Position numbers and translations under genes: made by a program. Positions 50,960 to 61,437 of a stretch of DNA of 64,000 nucleotides are shown here, in pieces. A model generated the notes under the pieces. The model was not told where the DNA came from and did no database searches. It was given only the letters and a program-made list of their open reading frames with translations. Position 1 is the first letter of the stretch. Each line of letters begins with the position of its first letter. The stretch covers positions 124,001 through 188,000 of the IMG/VR virus record IMGVR_UViG_3300031521_001337. One strand, given 5' to 3'.

Positions 50960-52144
50960 TTATCTATGTCTTTGTTGTTGTTCTTGTTGTGGACCAGCTA
51001 CTGATGTATTAACAGGAATATGTGATTGTAATCTAGGATCACTAGCATTTTCCATTAATATATTAGTTAGTTCATTTATAATTTCTTGAACAACGTAATC
51101 TGGGAATTCTAATATTTGAGATGTATCTTCTACTGCATCTACCTGTTCTTGTGTAAGTCTGATAAATTGTGGAGATTTTAAATAATCTACATATATTCTT
51201 GTTGGTTGAAAAATCTTATCATCTTTTCCAAATCTTAACTCCATTCTAGTTGCATCTCTATTACCGTAGCGAATATCTTCTTCTCTAGTTATTAAAGATC
51301 TTTCAACACTTTCATAAGTTAAAGTACCTGATGTATTAGATTTAGATACTACAAATGTATCATACATTGATTTAATTGTTAATATATTAGTATTAACATC
51401 TAAAAAGTAGTATGCTCTTTGTATTTTAGGATCTGAACTTACAGATAATTTAGAATATAAATTTGCAAGAGTTCCATTATTAGTAGTATTTATTAATACT
51501 TCTAAAGGATTTGATATAGATGGTGAAGTTTTTAAAGTATATGTAATTCCATTTACTATAATTGTATCTCCATCTACTTCAGTTCCATCTAAATCTAATG
51601 TATAAATATTAAAATTAGTTCCCGATAAGATTGTTTTAGAATCTTCTGTTGGGAATGTATTTATTGTATTTACGTTATGAATATAAAAATAAGGATTAGA
51701 ATATGAAGGTCTTTGATAATAGTTATTAATTATTTGTGACCACATATCTCCAGTTAGACGTTTTGCACCCATTTGTAAATATGAATTAGCATTGTAACAT
51801 TTAAAAGATTTTAATACTTTATATTCTACAATACAATTCAAAATATGTACGTAATCTGGTGGTAAATCTACTTCATAAGTCGCTTGAAATAAAGGACTTG
51901 GTGAAGTAGGTGAGGTATAACCAGGGTATACCGTTTGTAATTTTGGTTCTAAAACAGCAGTACTTTTTAACACTCTCAAATCGTCAGTTTTCTGTTGATT
52001 CATGTCATAAGCGTTATACATTTTATTAACGTATTGCAAAATTGCTTTATTAATAAAATAGTTATAATCTTCCAACAATAAACTTGGAGCATTGACTTTA
52101 TTTAATTCTGTTAGAGCTGCTTCAAATAGTTGGCTAGCTGTGAT
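50960..52144 (-). CDS. Ring/connector-type structural protein, probable non-ATG start (ATC 52144 or ATT 52147)
   Basis: Frame is open upstream of track start 52078 (ITASQLFEAALTELNKVNAPSLLLEDYNY) up to an in-frame TAA at 52157-52159, with no ATG or GTG. Confidence 0.7.
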   Translation of the reverse strand: MTASQLFEAALTELNKVNAPSLLLEDYNYFINKAILQYVNKMYNAYDMNQQKTDDLRVLKSTAVLEPKLQTVYPGYTSPTSPSPLFQATYEVDLPPDYVHILNCIVEYKVLKSFKCYNANSYLQMGAKRLTGDMWSQIINNYYQRPSYSNPYFYIHNVNTINTFPTEDSKTILSGTNFNIYTLDLDGTEVDGDTIIVNGITYTLKTSPSISNPLEVLINTTNNGTLANLYSKLSVSSDPKIQRAYYFLDVNTNILTIKSMYDTFVVSKSNTSGTLTYESVERSLITREEDIRYGNRDATRMELRFGKDDKIFQPTRIYVDYLKSPQFIRLTQEQVDAVEDTSQILEFPDYVVQEIINELTNILMENASDPRLQSHIPVNTSVAGPQQEQQQRHR

Positions 52145-52168
52145 AATTGTATAGTTTTAATAATTTAA

Positions 52169-53062
52169 TTATATTATCTTATTTGGAGGATTATCTGATC
52201 TGGTTCATAAAAATCCATTACACGATCTTTTTAATTTTATAGCAGAACTAATACTAGCTAATTTTAAATCTAGTTTATTTTTAGCTTGAATAATAGTATC
52301 AAAACTATCAATATATATTCCATCTAAAGAATATCTATTTAATTTTTCTGATTTTTTATTAACTATTATTTGTAATTTATCATATTTTTCAGTACTTATA
52401 AAGTATCCTGAAATTTTATAATTTGCTCTAATAGCTCTATTAAGATTTCCAGAATTTGTATCTAAAAATAATATAGCATCTGACATTTTTTCAAATTCTT
52501 CTACTAAAAATCCATCAACATCATAAATATAATATTTATTAGGATTATGTAGATTATATTCTGAAATATTTATTAGATTATTATAACTCCATAAAAACCC
52601 ATTACAAGTTCTTTTTTCATTAATTGCTCCATATATATTAGATATATCTCTTTCTATAATTTTACTAGCTTCTATAGCAGATTCATATGATTTTAATAAA
52701 TTTCCGTTAAAATCAAATTGATAAACAAAATTATATGGTCTAGGTCTTCCTTTTCCACCTAATGATGTATTGTATGTTTTATCACTATTTATAAATTCTT
52801 CAGTAACTAATTCTGATTCTTTTATATACGCATCTTCTTCTTTTTCAAATACATATAAAATATCTCTTTTAAAATTTGATATTCCATGTTTTATTATTGC
52901 AAAATGAAAAGGACGAATAGGATAATTCAAATAATGTGTATTGTTTAAATTAAATCCATTTCCTAAATATCCATCAAAAATATCAGGATTTTCAGTTTTA
53001 TGTACTCCAATATAAATTTTATTGTTAATTAAACAAGTAGTTTTGTAAACAATGTATTTCAT
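52169..53062 (-). CDS. Free-standing GIY-YIG homing endonuclease with NUMOD1-like repeats (297 aa with TGA=Trp)
   Basis: YIVYKTT...KIYIGVHKT...DGYLGNG...AYIKESEL...TYN..LGG; three VYQF/YSLDG-type repeats; one TGA near the C-terminus. Confidence 0.85.
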
Positions 53063-53085
53063 ATATAATTATATTATGGTTAATA

Positions 53086-54000
53086 TTATTTTTTAGATGT
53101 TGGTCCTTTTTTGACAGTAACTGTTTCAACAGGTTCTTCATAATAAGGAATATCTTTAGTGATATCTTCTTGAGCAACGTCAATTTCACGTTTAGTCATT
53201 AACTCAGGATAAGTTTCACGTTTAATAGAATCTAATAGTTTTTTGAATCTAATATCTCTTAGGAATGTTATTGTTGATTCTAATGAACCTCCAAGCATTT
53301 TATCATCGTATTTATATATTCCGTCTGAACGTCTAATTACTCCACGATCAACTGCATCGAGAATAAACAAATGCATTTTCCAATCTTCTCCTTCGTATAA
53401 TTCAATTATCCTTTTTGGAGTTTTCTCAGCGATTTCAACTAGATAATCTAGTATATCAGCAGGGATTGCATTTCCTAAATTGCGTCCTAACACTCTACAT
53501 TTTTTGATTCTTTCCGATTCTGAATCTTCATAGATATAACTTAAAGCTCTATAAACAAATTGTTTTTTGTCCATTTTAACTTTAGTAAGTTCTCCTGGTC
53601 TTTCAACATATAAATCAGCAATGCCATATTTACGAGCACCACCATCTACAATTAAATTACCATCTGAATCTCTTTGGAATCTATCTTTTGCAATCCAGTT
53701 ACAATATTCAATAGCTTCTCATTTAGCTTTATCTATTACATCATCTAAGTCAAATGAAGTTCCGTCCACTATTTCAAATACGTGATCGGCTGCAATATAA
53801 TGGGCTTCACCATTACTCATTTTAGTAATATCATCTTCTGACAAAACCATTTCGGTAGCACCTTTATTGACATCACCTCTGACTAATCTAACACAATCGG
53901 GGTATCTTCCTGTACGTGGATTTGGACAGGGTTGTATAAAGTACGTTTGATTAACTTTTCCATAAGCACTTCTAAGAATTATTTCATTATTCATATTCAT
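53086..54000 (-). CDS. Conserved crAss-like protein downstream of the major capsid gene (304 aa with TGA=Trp)
   Basis: Fragments 53719 and 53086 are in frame, joined by one TGA. Confidence 0.75.
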
Positions 54001-54050
54001 ATTTTTTTGTATTTTTTAATTTTCATCTACTTGTAAAATATCTAAAATTA

Positions 54051-54071
54051 GGGGAAGGTTAATCCTTCCCC
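54051..54071. terminator. Hairpin after the major capsid gene (terminator or mRNA-stabilising stem)
   Basis: GGGGAAGG-TTAAT-CCTTCCCC, perfect 8-bp stem. Confidence 0.75.
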
Positions 54072-54082
54072 ATTTTTTATTA

Positions 54083-55513
54083 CTAAACTTCTTCAATAAT
54101 GAATGATTTATAAGGAGCGAATGCTGCAATACCAGAGTATCCTGCAACGATCAATTTAGATCCTGCGATTGGAGAACTAACGATACCACTAGTGATACCA
54201 TCTACACCACCAACACCTGGATATTTAGATGTTACAAATTCTGCACCTTCTAATGTAAATGCTGCGATAGCTGGTTGATTTGTTGAAACGTCAGGTGACA
54301 TATCAAGACAAATACCGTATCCTTTTCTATCATATTCTTTAGTAAGAGCACGATCAACCATGAATGTTACCATATTACCGGCAATTTCATAAGAAGTGAA
54401 AGTTCCACCAACTTTGATAGGATTATCAGCTTTAACCATTGATTGAGCTGCTTTAGAATACATCATTGTTGGAGTTGATCCCCACAATTTCAACCAGTCT
54501 CCTAAAGTAGAGTTAATTTGACCCCAAAGTCTATCATTAACAATAAATGTGTAACTGTTACCAATTGCATTTGCTGCTTTTTGATTCATTTGATCAATTA
54601 CTGTATTGATGATGTTTACATTCAATTTAGCATATTTATACTTAGATGCAAATCTTTCGATTTGAGGAATAAGACCATCACCCGCGATAAGTGGACGACC
54701 ATCTTCTGTAAGTACAGTAGATTTACCATTAACATCCATAGTTGTTTTTCCCCATAGTAAGTGGTTATTTTTAACTGTTTGGAAGTTTTCAAACAAATCT
54801 TTTTCCATTTTGTTTAACTTAAAGATCTTTTCTTTCAAGTCTCCAGCTCCATCTCCTGATGCAATTTTGATAAATTGATCTTCCATTTGAGCATAACGAG
54901 AAGAGTAAGAAATGTCATTTCTATGTTCTGTGATCCATTGACGATGTTTTTCAATGTTTGATTGATACTTAGTATAACCTTCTTCATGGTACTCAGGCAT
55001 AATATTAGATAAGAAACGAGTTGTTCCACCTACTTGACATGCTGAAGCATCAAGAATTGAAGAGAAATCTGCATCAATTAATTGAACCGTATATTCCCAG
55101 AATACATCTGCTTTTCTTTGTGGGGTTGCTTTAACAATACATTGCTGACGCGATCCGTCAATTTTGAATGTATCATATTTTTCATAATATCTTTCTTTGA
55201 AATACATTATGATATCTGCACCACCTGCACCAGTACCCGTTGGTGCTGCTGCGAATTCAACTCTTTTTACGAATTCTACATCAATTTCCCATTCTACCAT
55301 TAAGGTATTAAGTGGTTGAAATTTATTAGCTGTTTTAGAGTTGTAATAAATGTTCATTAAGGCTTCTGTTAAGAAAGTCGCTGTATTATGTGTATACATG
55401 CGAGCCATAACTCCCATCATTTTAGGACGAGTTCCTAAAAGTTTGTAGAAATCCTCATAGGTTCTACTGTGTGCCAATTCTGGCTTTACGTTAACGTAAC
55501 TTGCTACTACCAT
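54083..55513 (-). CDS. Major capsid protein, crAss-like
   Basis: 476 aa with crAss MCP-like blocks (VEWEID, PEYHEEGYTKYQSNIEKHR, LLWGK, GDGLIPQI); preceded by an acidic scaffold-like gene and followed by a hairpin; all 7 Trp are TGG. Confidence 0.85.
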   Translation of the reverse strand: MVVASYVNVKPELAHSRTYEDFYKLLGTRPKMMGVMARMYTHNTATFLTEALMNIYYNSKTANKFQPLNTLMVEWEIDVEFVKRVEFAAAPTGTGAGGADIIMYFKERYYEKYDTFKIDGSRQQCIVKATPQRKADVFWEYTVQLIDADFSSILDASACQVGGTTRFLSNIMPEYHEEGYTKYQSNIEKHRQWITEHRNDISYSSRYAQMEDQFIKIASGDGAGDLKEKIFKLNKMEKDLFENFQTVKNNHLLWGKTTMDVNGKSTVLTEDGRPLIAGDGLIPQIERFASKYKYAKLNVNIINTVIDQMNQKAANAIGNSYTFIVNDRLWGQINSTLGDWLKLWGSTPTMMYSKAAQSMVKADNPIKVGGTFTSYEIAGNMVTFMVDRALTKEYDRKGYGICLDMSPDVSTNQPAIAAFTLEGAEFVTSKYPGVGGVDGITSGIVSSPIAGSKLIVAGYSGIAAFAPYKSFIIEEV

Positions 55514-55527
55514 TGTAATCTAATTTT

Positions 55528-56526
55528 TTAAAAATTTAAGTCGTAAATGCTATTTTGTGTTTTGCCGGAAGGATTATTCCTAATAACGGCGGGTTTTGGT
55601 TTTATCTGTGATTTAAGTTTTGCTATCTCCGACTCATATGCATTCTTCAATGCATCGAATGAATCTTTTCCGTAACGTGAAAACCAAGCAAGTTCATATA
55701 ATTTTTTTGGATCATTTAAACTTTTATAAAACTCACTGGTTCCATTTTCGTCTAAATCCAAAATCTGTGAAAGTACTTCATTTTTTTCATCATCATCTAA
55801 CTCTATTCCGTAGAATTCTGGCGTTTGCAATGCCACATTAACCATAGTTTCAGAAAATTGGTTAAATTGTTCTTCTCTTTCGGTTTCAGCTTCTTGCTTT
55901 TGAGCTTCGTTATATTGATCTTCTAGTTGTTTATATTCTGTTCTAAGCACACCTACTTTTTTAGTAAATAATGCCTCATCTTGTAATTCTTTTTCTAATT
56001 CTCTAGCTAATTCTTCTTCGGTTAAATCATACTTTTGTTTTAAGTCTAATAAGAATAATTCTTGATCATCGTAAGAATCAATACTATATTCAGATGCAGC
56101 TCCTTGTGTAAATTCTTTAATTACTGAAGTTTTATATGCTTCAAGGAATTCTTCAACTGTTAAATTTTCACCTCTAATTTGATTAATAAGTTCAATTTCT
56201 TCATCATCTAAATCGTGATCTACAGGTTCTTGTTCTGGATCAGCAGCTTTTAAAATTTCTAATTGTTCTTCTTCTGTCAAATCATAGAAATCAATTTCTT
56301 GTTCATTATCGTTTTCATCCAAAACACTAATTTTAGAATTTTCAATTCCAAGTGTTTTAAGATATTTATTTAAAATAAACTCTTCGGTATCAGGTCCTTC
56401 GCTTTTTTCTGCAAAAAAGTCATCGACATCATCTCCAGGAATATCTAATTGTATTTCGGGTTCGTGTTGGGGGTTATCGGGCAAAAGATCGCCTTCAAAA
56501 AGTTCATCAAATTCATCCATATTCAT
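55528..56526 (-). CDS. Acidic coiled-coil protein upstream of MCP (putative scaffold)
   Basis: Very D/E-rich and helical; immediately precedes the MCP. Confidence 0.7.
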   Translation of the reverse strand: MNMDEFDELFEGDLLPDNPQHEPEIQLDIPGDDVDDFFAEKSEGPDTEEFILNKYLKTLGIENSKISVLDENDNEQEIDFYDLTEEEQLEILKAADPEQEPVDHDLDDEEIELINQIRGENLTVEEFLEAYKTSVIKEFTQGAASEYSIDSYDDQELFLLDLKQKYDLTEEELARELEKELQDEALFTKKVGVLRTEYKQLEDQYNEAQKQEAETEREEQFNQFSETMVNVALQTPEFYGIELDDDEKNEVLSQILDLDENGTSEFYKSLNDPKKLYELAWFSRYGKDSFDALKNAYESEIAKLKSQIKPKPAVIRNNPSGKTQNSIYDLNF

Positions 56527-56609
56527 TTATCATTTATAATGTGTATTATTTTTCTATCTATTAAATATATTCATCTTTCATAATGATTTTTATATATTCA
56601 TTATTTTAT

Positions 56610-56647
56610 ACAAAGTTACCACCTTTATCAACAATAAAATATATAAA
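56610..56647 (-). promoter_or_regulatory. Bacteroidota-type promoter (-7 box TAACTTTG at 56618-56611) for the capsid operon
   Basis: TAnnTTTG plus TTTAT 29 nt upstream, as at the other two sites. Confidence 0.65.
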
Positions 56648-56680
56648 CTATAAACTTTATTGAAAATAATTGTGGTAACT
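56614..56680. repeat. Imperfect 25-bp inverted repeat with 17-bp spacer
   Basis: AGTTACCACCTTTATCAACAATAAA (56614-56638) versus TTTATTGAAAATAATTGTGGTAACT (56656-56680): 20/25 complementary, outer 9 bp perfect. Confidence 0.6.
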
Positions 56681-56691
56681 ATTAAGATGCA

Positions 56692-57207
56692 CTAATTGAA
56701 GAATTTAACTTCGCCAGTATTAAATAACATAGCTTCAGACTGACGTCTAAAACTTAATCCTTTTAGAACTTTACCTCCAGCTTTATTTCACATCATGAAT
56801 GCATGTTCAATATTAGCAGGAGTATCTTTTGCAATAATCCTTTTTAAAAGTGTACTCTTTGCAAGAGATCCAAATCCTACATTATATGAAAATGAAATTA
56901 AAGCTTCATATTGATTCTGAGTTAAATCTAACTTCAATTTATCAATTTGTTTAGCAAATAGTTCCAAATCAACCTTTAACATTTTAGTAGCATCTTCAAT
57001 AGTATTAAGTTTATGATAACTATATGCTTTTTCTTTATTTTCAGCACCTCTAATCATTTTACCATCTCTATCTAATATAACTTTTCCATAACCTTCAGTT
57101 CAGATTCCAATAGGATCCATTTTAGGTTGAAGTCCAATATGAGAGAGATCTCCGTCATGGAGACTCTCATAATGGGATACTAATTTAATCAGTTTGTCTG
57201 TAATCAT
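56692..57207 (-). CDS. Endolysin, GH24 phage lysozyme (171 aa with TGA=Trp)
   Basis: HYESL...MDPIGI[TGA]TEGYG...LTQNQYEALISFSYNVG...FMM[TGA]NKAGGKVLKGL..RRQSEA; both TGA are at conserved W positions. Confidence 0.9.
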
Positions 57208-57208
57208 T

Positions 57209-57493
57209 TTATTTATTTAATTCAGAGAATATTGTATCAACATCTATTACAATTGTACTTCTAATTAATACTTCTGTATTTGAAGTAAAATTAAAATTAA
57301 AATTTATATTATTTTCAATTCCAGGATTATTCGATACATTAAAATTTCCTTTATTAACACCTTCTATATTAGCAGAGCCATTAAAAGATATTATTTTACT
57401 TTCTTTAATTGAATAATTGAAAGTATAATCTACATTTCCAATTGTTACTTTAGCTTCAACACTAGTTGATTCATTTGTTTTTGTAATTTCCAT
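57209..57493 (-). CDS. Hypothetical protein
   Basis: 94-aa ORF between the FISUMP gene and the endolysin; not hydrophobic enough for a holin. Confidence 0.7.
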   Translation of the reverse strand: MEITKTNESTSVEAKVTIGNVDYTFNYSIKESKIISFNGSANIEGVNKGNFNVSNNPGIENNINFNFNFTSNTEVLIRSTIVIDVDTIFSELNK

Positions 57494-57518
57494 AATTTTA
57501 TTTTATTAATTTTTTATT

Positions 57519-58622
57519 TTATAATCCACCTTTAGCATAATGATATGTTCCACTATTTGTAGGAGATACTGAAAGTAATGTTAATCCAGTAAAATAACCT
57601 CCGATTATAGTACTAGTTGATTGAGATTGTCCTGATGATATTGTTAAATTAGCTCCTGATACATTAAATGATCTTCCTGCAGCAGCATCATAATAACTAT
57701 AATTAAATGTTATAGTAACATTTGTATTTACAACAACTGCACTCGGTGATCCTGCATATACTGAATACGCATACATTTTTCAATTTGTACCATCATATAA
57801 ATAATCTACATATATTTCAACATATGTATCATTAATTACATAATTATCTGCATAAGCTCAAGCATCATTATTATTGTAACTACAACAAGCTCCACTAGTT
57901 AAAGTAGATCATGTAGTATTATCAGTTACTATTGAAATATCATTTCCATTTCTATATTTAGTACCTCTTAAATTTGATGCCATTCATACTTGATTACCAA
58001 TTTTTACTGTCTTATAAGTATAACCACTATTATCAGTCATTATACCTGAATTAGTAGAATCATCTTTGATTAATCTAACTGAAGCACCTGTTGCAGATCC
58101 ACCACCTTCTAAACTAACTCATTCAGAATCATAATGCATATCCATCATAGTTGAAGTAGATAAATATAATCCAGTCTGTTTTATATATGCAAAATTTCCA
58201 GTATTATATCTAAATCCTCCGCCGACAGCAGCAAATTGATATATATCTGTAGCATTAGTATTTGGAGTTAACCAATGAGTTGTATTTGCTTCTTTCAATT
58301 TTCCACCACCTGTAGTTGTTCCTCCAATAGTTGAAACTAAAGTTTCTAATTCTGTTAAAGTTGGAACATGTCATCCACTTGGAGATATATTTCTAGAATC
58401 TAATACAGCATATGAATTATATAATCTACCATAACCACCATTAGGTAGTATGTGTTGATAGTTTCTAAAATTATATAAACTGTTTTTACTACCTACGTAG
58501 TTACTATCAAATGCACCAATAGCAGCGGAGAATAACTCAGTTAAACTCCTATTACTACTATCAGCATATATTTCAGTAACTACATCTCTTTGATTAAAAT
58601 GATCATTATCTGGAACTGACAT
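57519..58622 (-). CDS. FISUMP (Fibrobacter succinogenes major paralogous) domain protein, circularly permuted (367 aa with TGA=Trp)
   Basis: YGRLYN...PSG[W]HVPT...GKLKE...SVRLIKD comes before YKTVKIGNQV[W]MASNL...YRNG; six TGA. Confidence 0.8.
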
Positions 58623-61410
58623 ACTTTTCCTCCAATTGTTTTATTCTTGATTCAGCACTAGCAAGTTTTGCTATTATCAAGTCAATGTATTTTACTTTAT
58701 ATTCACCCTCTCTATTTCCAACTACAAATTCACTAAATCCATTAGATAATAAATCTTGAGCAATAGTACCAAATCTTAATTCTTCTAAGTTATTTTTAAA
58801 ATTAAATGAAACTAAATTGAGCCTACTATAGTCTTTAATGATTGGTTGAATATTAGTCTTTAAAGTTCTATCTGACGATAAAATAAAATTACTAGCAGTA
58901 ACATTACCATTGAAATGAGAATTATCACTTCCATCAATATAAAATGGAGTTGTACCATCGGAAGCATTTCTAATTGAAAATCCAGTGTTTGAAATTCCTT
59001 GTATTGAATTTTTAATATAGTATTGCTTAACTCCTGCTTGTGAACCTTGTAATTGTATTCTTGCCTCACCTCCAACATCATTTCTAATTAGCACAGCACT
59101 TTTGTTAATTAGAGCAATATCACCTGTTCCACTTTCAGCACTAATATATACTGCATTGCCAGTAAACTGTAAGTAACCTTGTCTAACTGTATTTGCTGAA
59201 TTATAACCACTCAAATAAGCGGCATCAGCAATCATTTTTATTCCCTCACCTGCATAAGTATTAACAGTTCCAGTTGCCATTAAAGTACCATTCACTGCCA
59301 ACTTATACCCTTGGTCAGAAATATATCCAATCCCAGTATTACCATTAGGGCTAATATAAAACCTCCCAATATCGGGTACTGTATTAGCACTTTGGGTTGA
59401 TTGAGTAGTAATTGCAAAATCTCCATAAGACTGATAATCTGTATGTATGAACCATTTCCTAGAACTACCATTAGATACATTATGGTCAAATGATAACATT
59501 CCTACCCAACCTGAACCGCTAGGCAATGATAATCTTCCGTTAATTCCCATCCCACCATTAAGAACTAATGCTCCTGTTGATGGTGATAGTGATTGAGTTG
59601 TGTTTGGTATACTTACTACTCCATTACTTTCAATAGTCAATAAGGGAGTAGTTGCATAATTAAAAGTAAAGGCTTTGTTTCCCCACTGTCCAACAGAATT
59701 AAAAATCATTGACCCATAATTATCTCCACTACTAATAAAATAGTCAAAAGAAGAACCTGAACCAAATTTTAATTTACCTGAATAATTATTAGATGGTATA
59801 TTAATAGCAAAATAATCACCTCTAGCTGATGCATTTGTCCCATCATCACTTATCAAACTATTTACAAAATTACTCCCATTCCATTTAGGAATGTAGTTTG
59901 TTGATAAACTTGATAAATCTTGTGTAGCAATATTATTTACGCCAATAAAATTTCTAATTTGAGTACTAGTAGCAGGACTCATTCTAGCATTAGGGGCATC
60001 GTATACCATTACATAACTTACCGTAGACGCAAAATCAGCGCCATAGTATTTTAAACCATTTACCATTTCAGCATTCAAATTCCCCACCATAGTAGTAGAA
60101 TTTACAGTTAATGGTGCTGTTCCAGTTGCTACTGTTGATTGTAGTTGAGTTGCATTTACTGTAGAAGTAAAAGTTACTGCTCCTGTTTTACTTAACCTAA
60201 ATCTTTCTGTATAAGTATGTGCAATAGCTTCTGTATTGTATGCTCTAGCATCAGAATAATCAATTACTAAATCAGTACCACTTCCACTGTATTTGTTGGC
60301 AATTCTATAAACTCTTTGGTCAGTTCCACCATCGGCATATAAGTACATAGCACTACCATAATCAGAATCCAATGCTCTTAATTCAACACTATGATATGTT
60401 ACACCAAATTTGCCTTTTCCATACGCTGTAACATCCCCACTAATCCACATATTTGCAGATTGTGCAGAGCTATTTTGGTTTAATATGTGGTCGTTATTGT
60501 TGGTATAAGCCGATGAACCTAGACCTAACCAAGATTGTATTTGATTTTGTGTAAAATTATAAACATATCCGTTAGAGTAACCTCCTAGTAAATTAGTAGG
60601 TACGGATTGATTAGCAGTTCCATTATATACTGTTCCTAGTGTTATACTAGAGCCTAAAGTCCCACTAGAAGATACAAAGTCTCCAGTGTTACTACTGGCT
60701 GCTGAACCGAATGTTCTAGTAGGTAGTGGAGTATAACCTAAAGCAGTAGTAACCATTCCTGAGTTGATACCAGTTATCCATCCACCGTAGTTACCAAGAT
60801 TATTATTAAATTGACTGAGATTAGTAGGTCTTGCTGCTGTCAATGCATAAGGTGCTAAACTACTTGCAGTTATAAAACCATTTGGATTAGTTGAATTATA
60901 AGGTACATATCCCAAAGCATTAGTAACAAGTGTTGAACTAATTTGTGTTAATGCTCCATTCTCAACACCAATCAATCTATTATTCATTTGATTGATTGTG
61001 TAGGCATTGAATGTATCAGTTAATGTTGCATTACTGAAAGAACCACCTAAATTAGCATAACCGAATACTGTTTGTATTAGTCCACCAGATCCAGAACCAC
61101 CAGAAGTAACACCAAATGCACAAACTTCACCTTTAACAGATAAATTACCATTACTATCTAAAGTCATTAAATCAGTGAATGTTCCATCTGTATTAACAGT
61201 TGAAAAATTTCAACCATTATCGGTTAACAAATAATTAGAAAGTGGTAATTTTATCACACCATTAGCACCAGCCAAATTAGTTGACTGTGCTACTAATGAT
61301 AAATAATTAAGTGGTACATAAGCACTACCAGAACCACCAGAACTATAATTATTAATAGCAGTAGTTGTTGAACCTCTTTGTAAGGCTATATTTTTACTTT
61401 GAAATTCCAT
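58606..61410 (-). CDS. Tail fibre/spike with C-terminal peptidase S74 intramolecular chaperone (934 aa with TGA=Trp)
   Basis: 61210 fragment joins in frame through one TGA; VT.ALGY.P repeats, GTAPLTVNST, SSDRTLKTNI...GTIAQD...VKY and a terminal coiled coil. Confidence 0.85.
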
Positions 61411-61437
61411 TTTATTATTGTTTTACTGTTGTTTCTG

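Noticed and set aside
38558-53062. Group I introns or inteins around the endonuclease genes
   Set aside because: Flanking genes are complete and the endonuclease ORFs leave little non-coding room for a ribozyme core; no intein C/S...HN junctions were seen. Not tested with covariance models.
57519-61410. Diversity-generating retroelement targeting the FISUMP gene or tail fibre
   Set aside because: No reverse transcriptase and no template/variable repeat pair is visible in this window; one could lie elsewhere in the genome.
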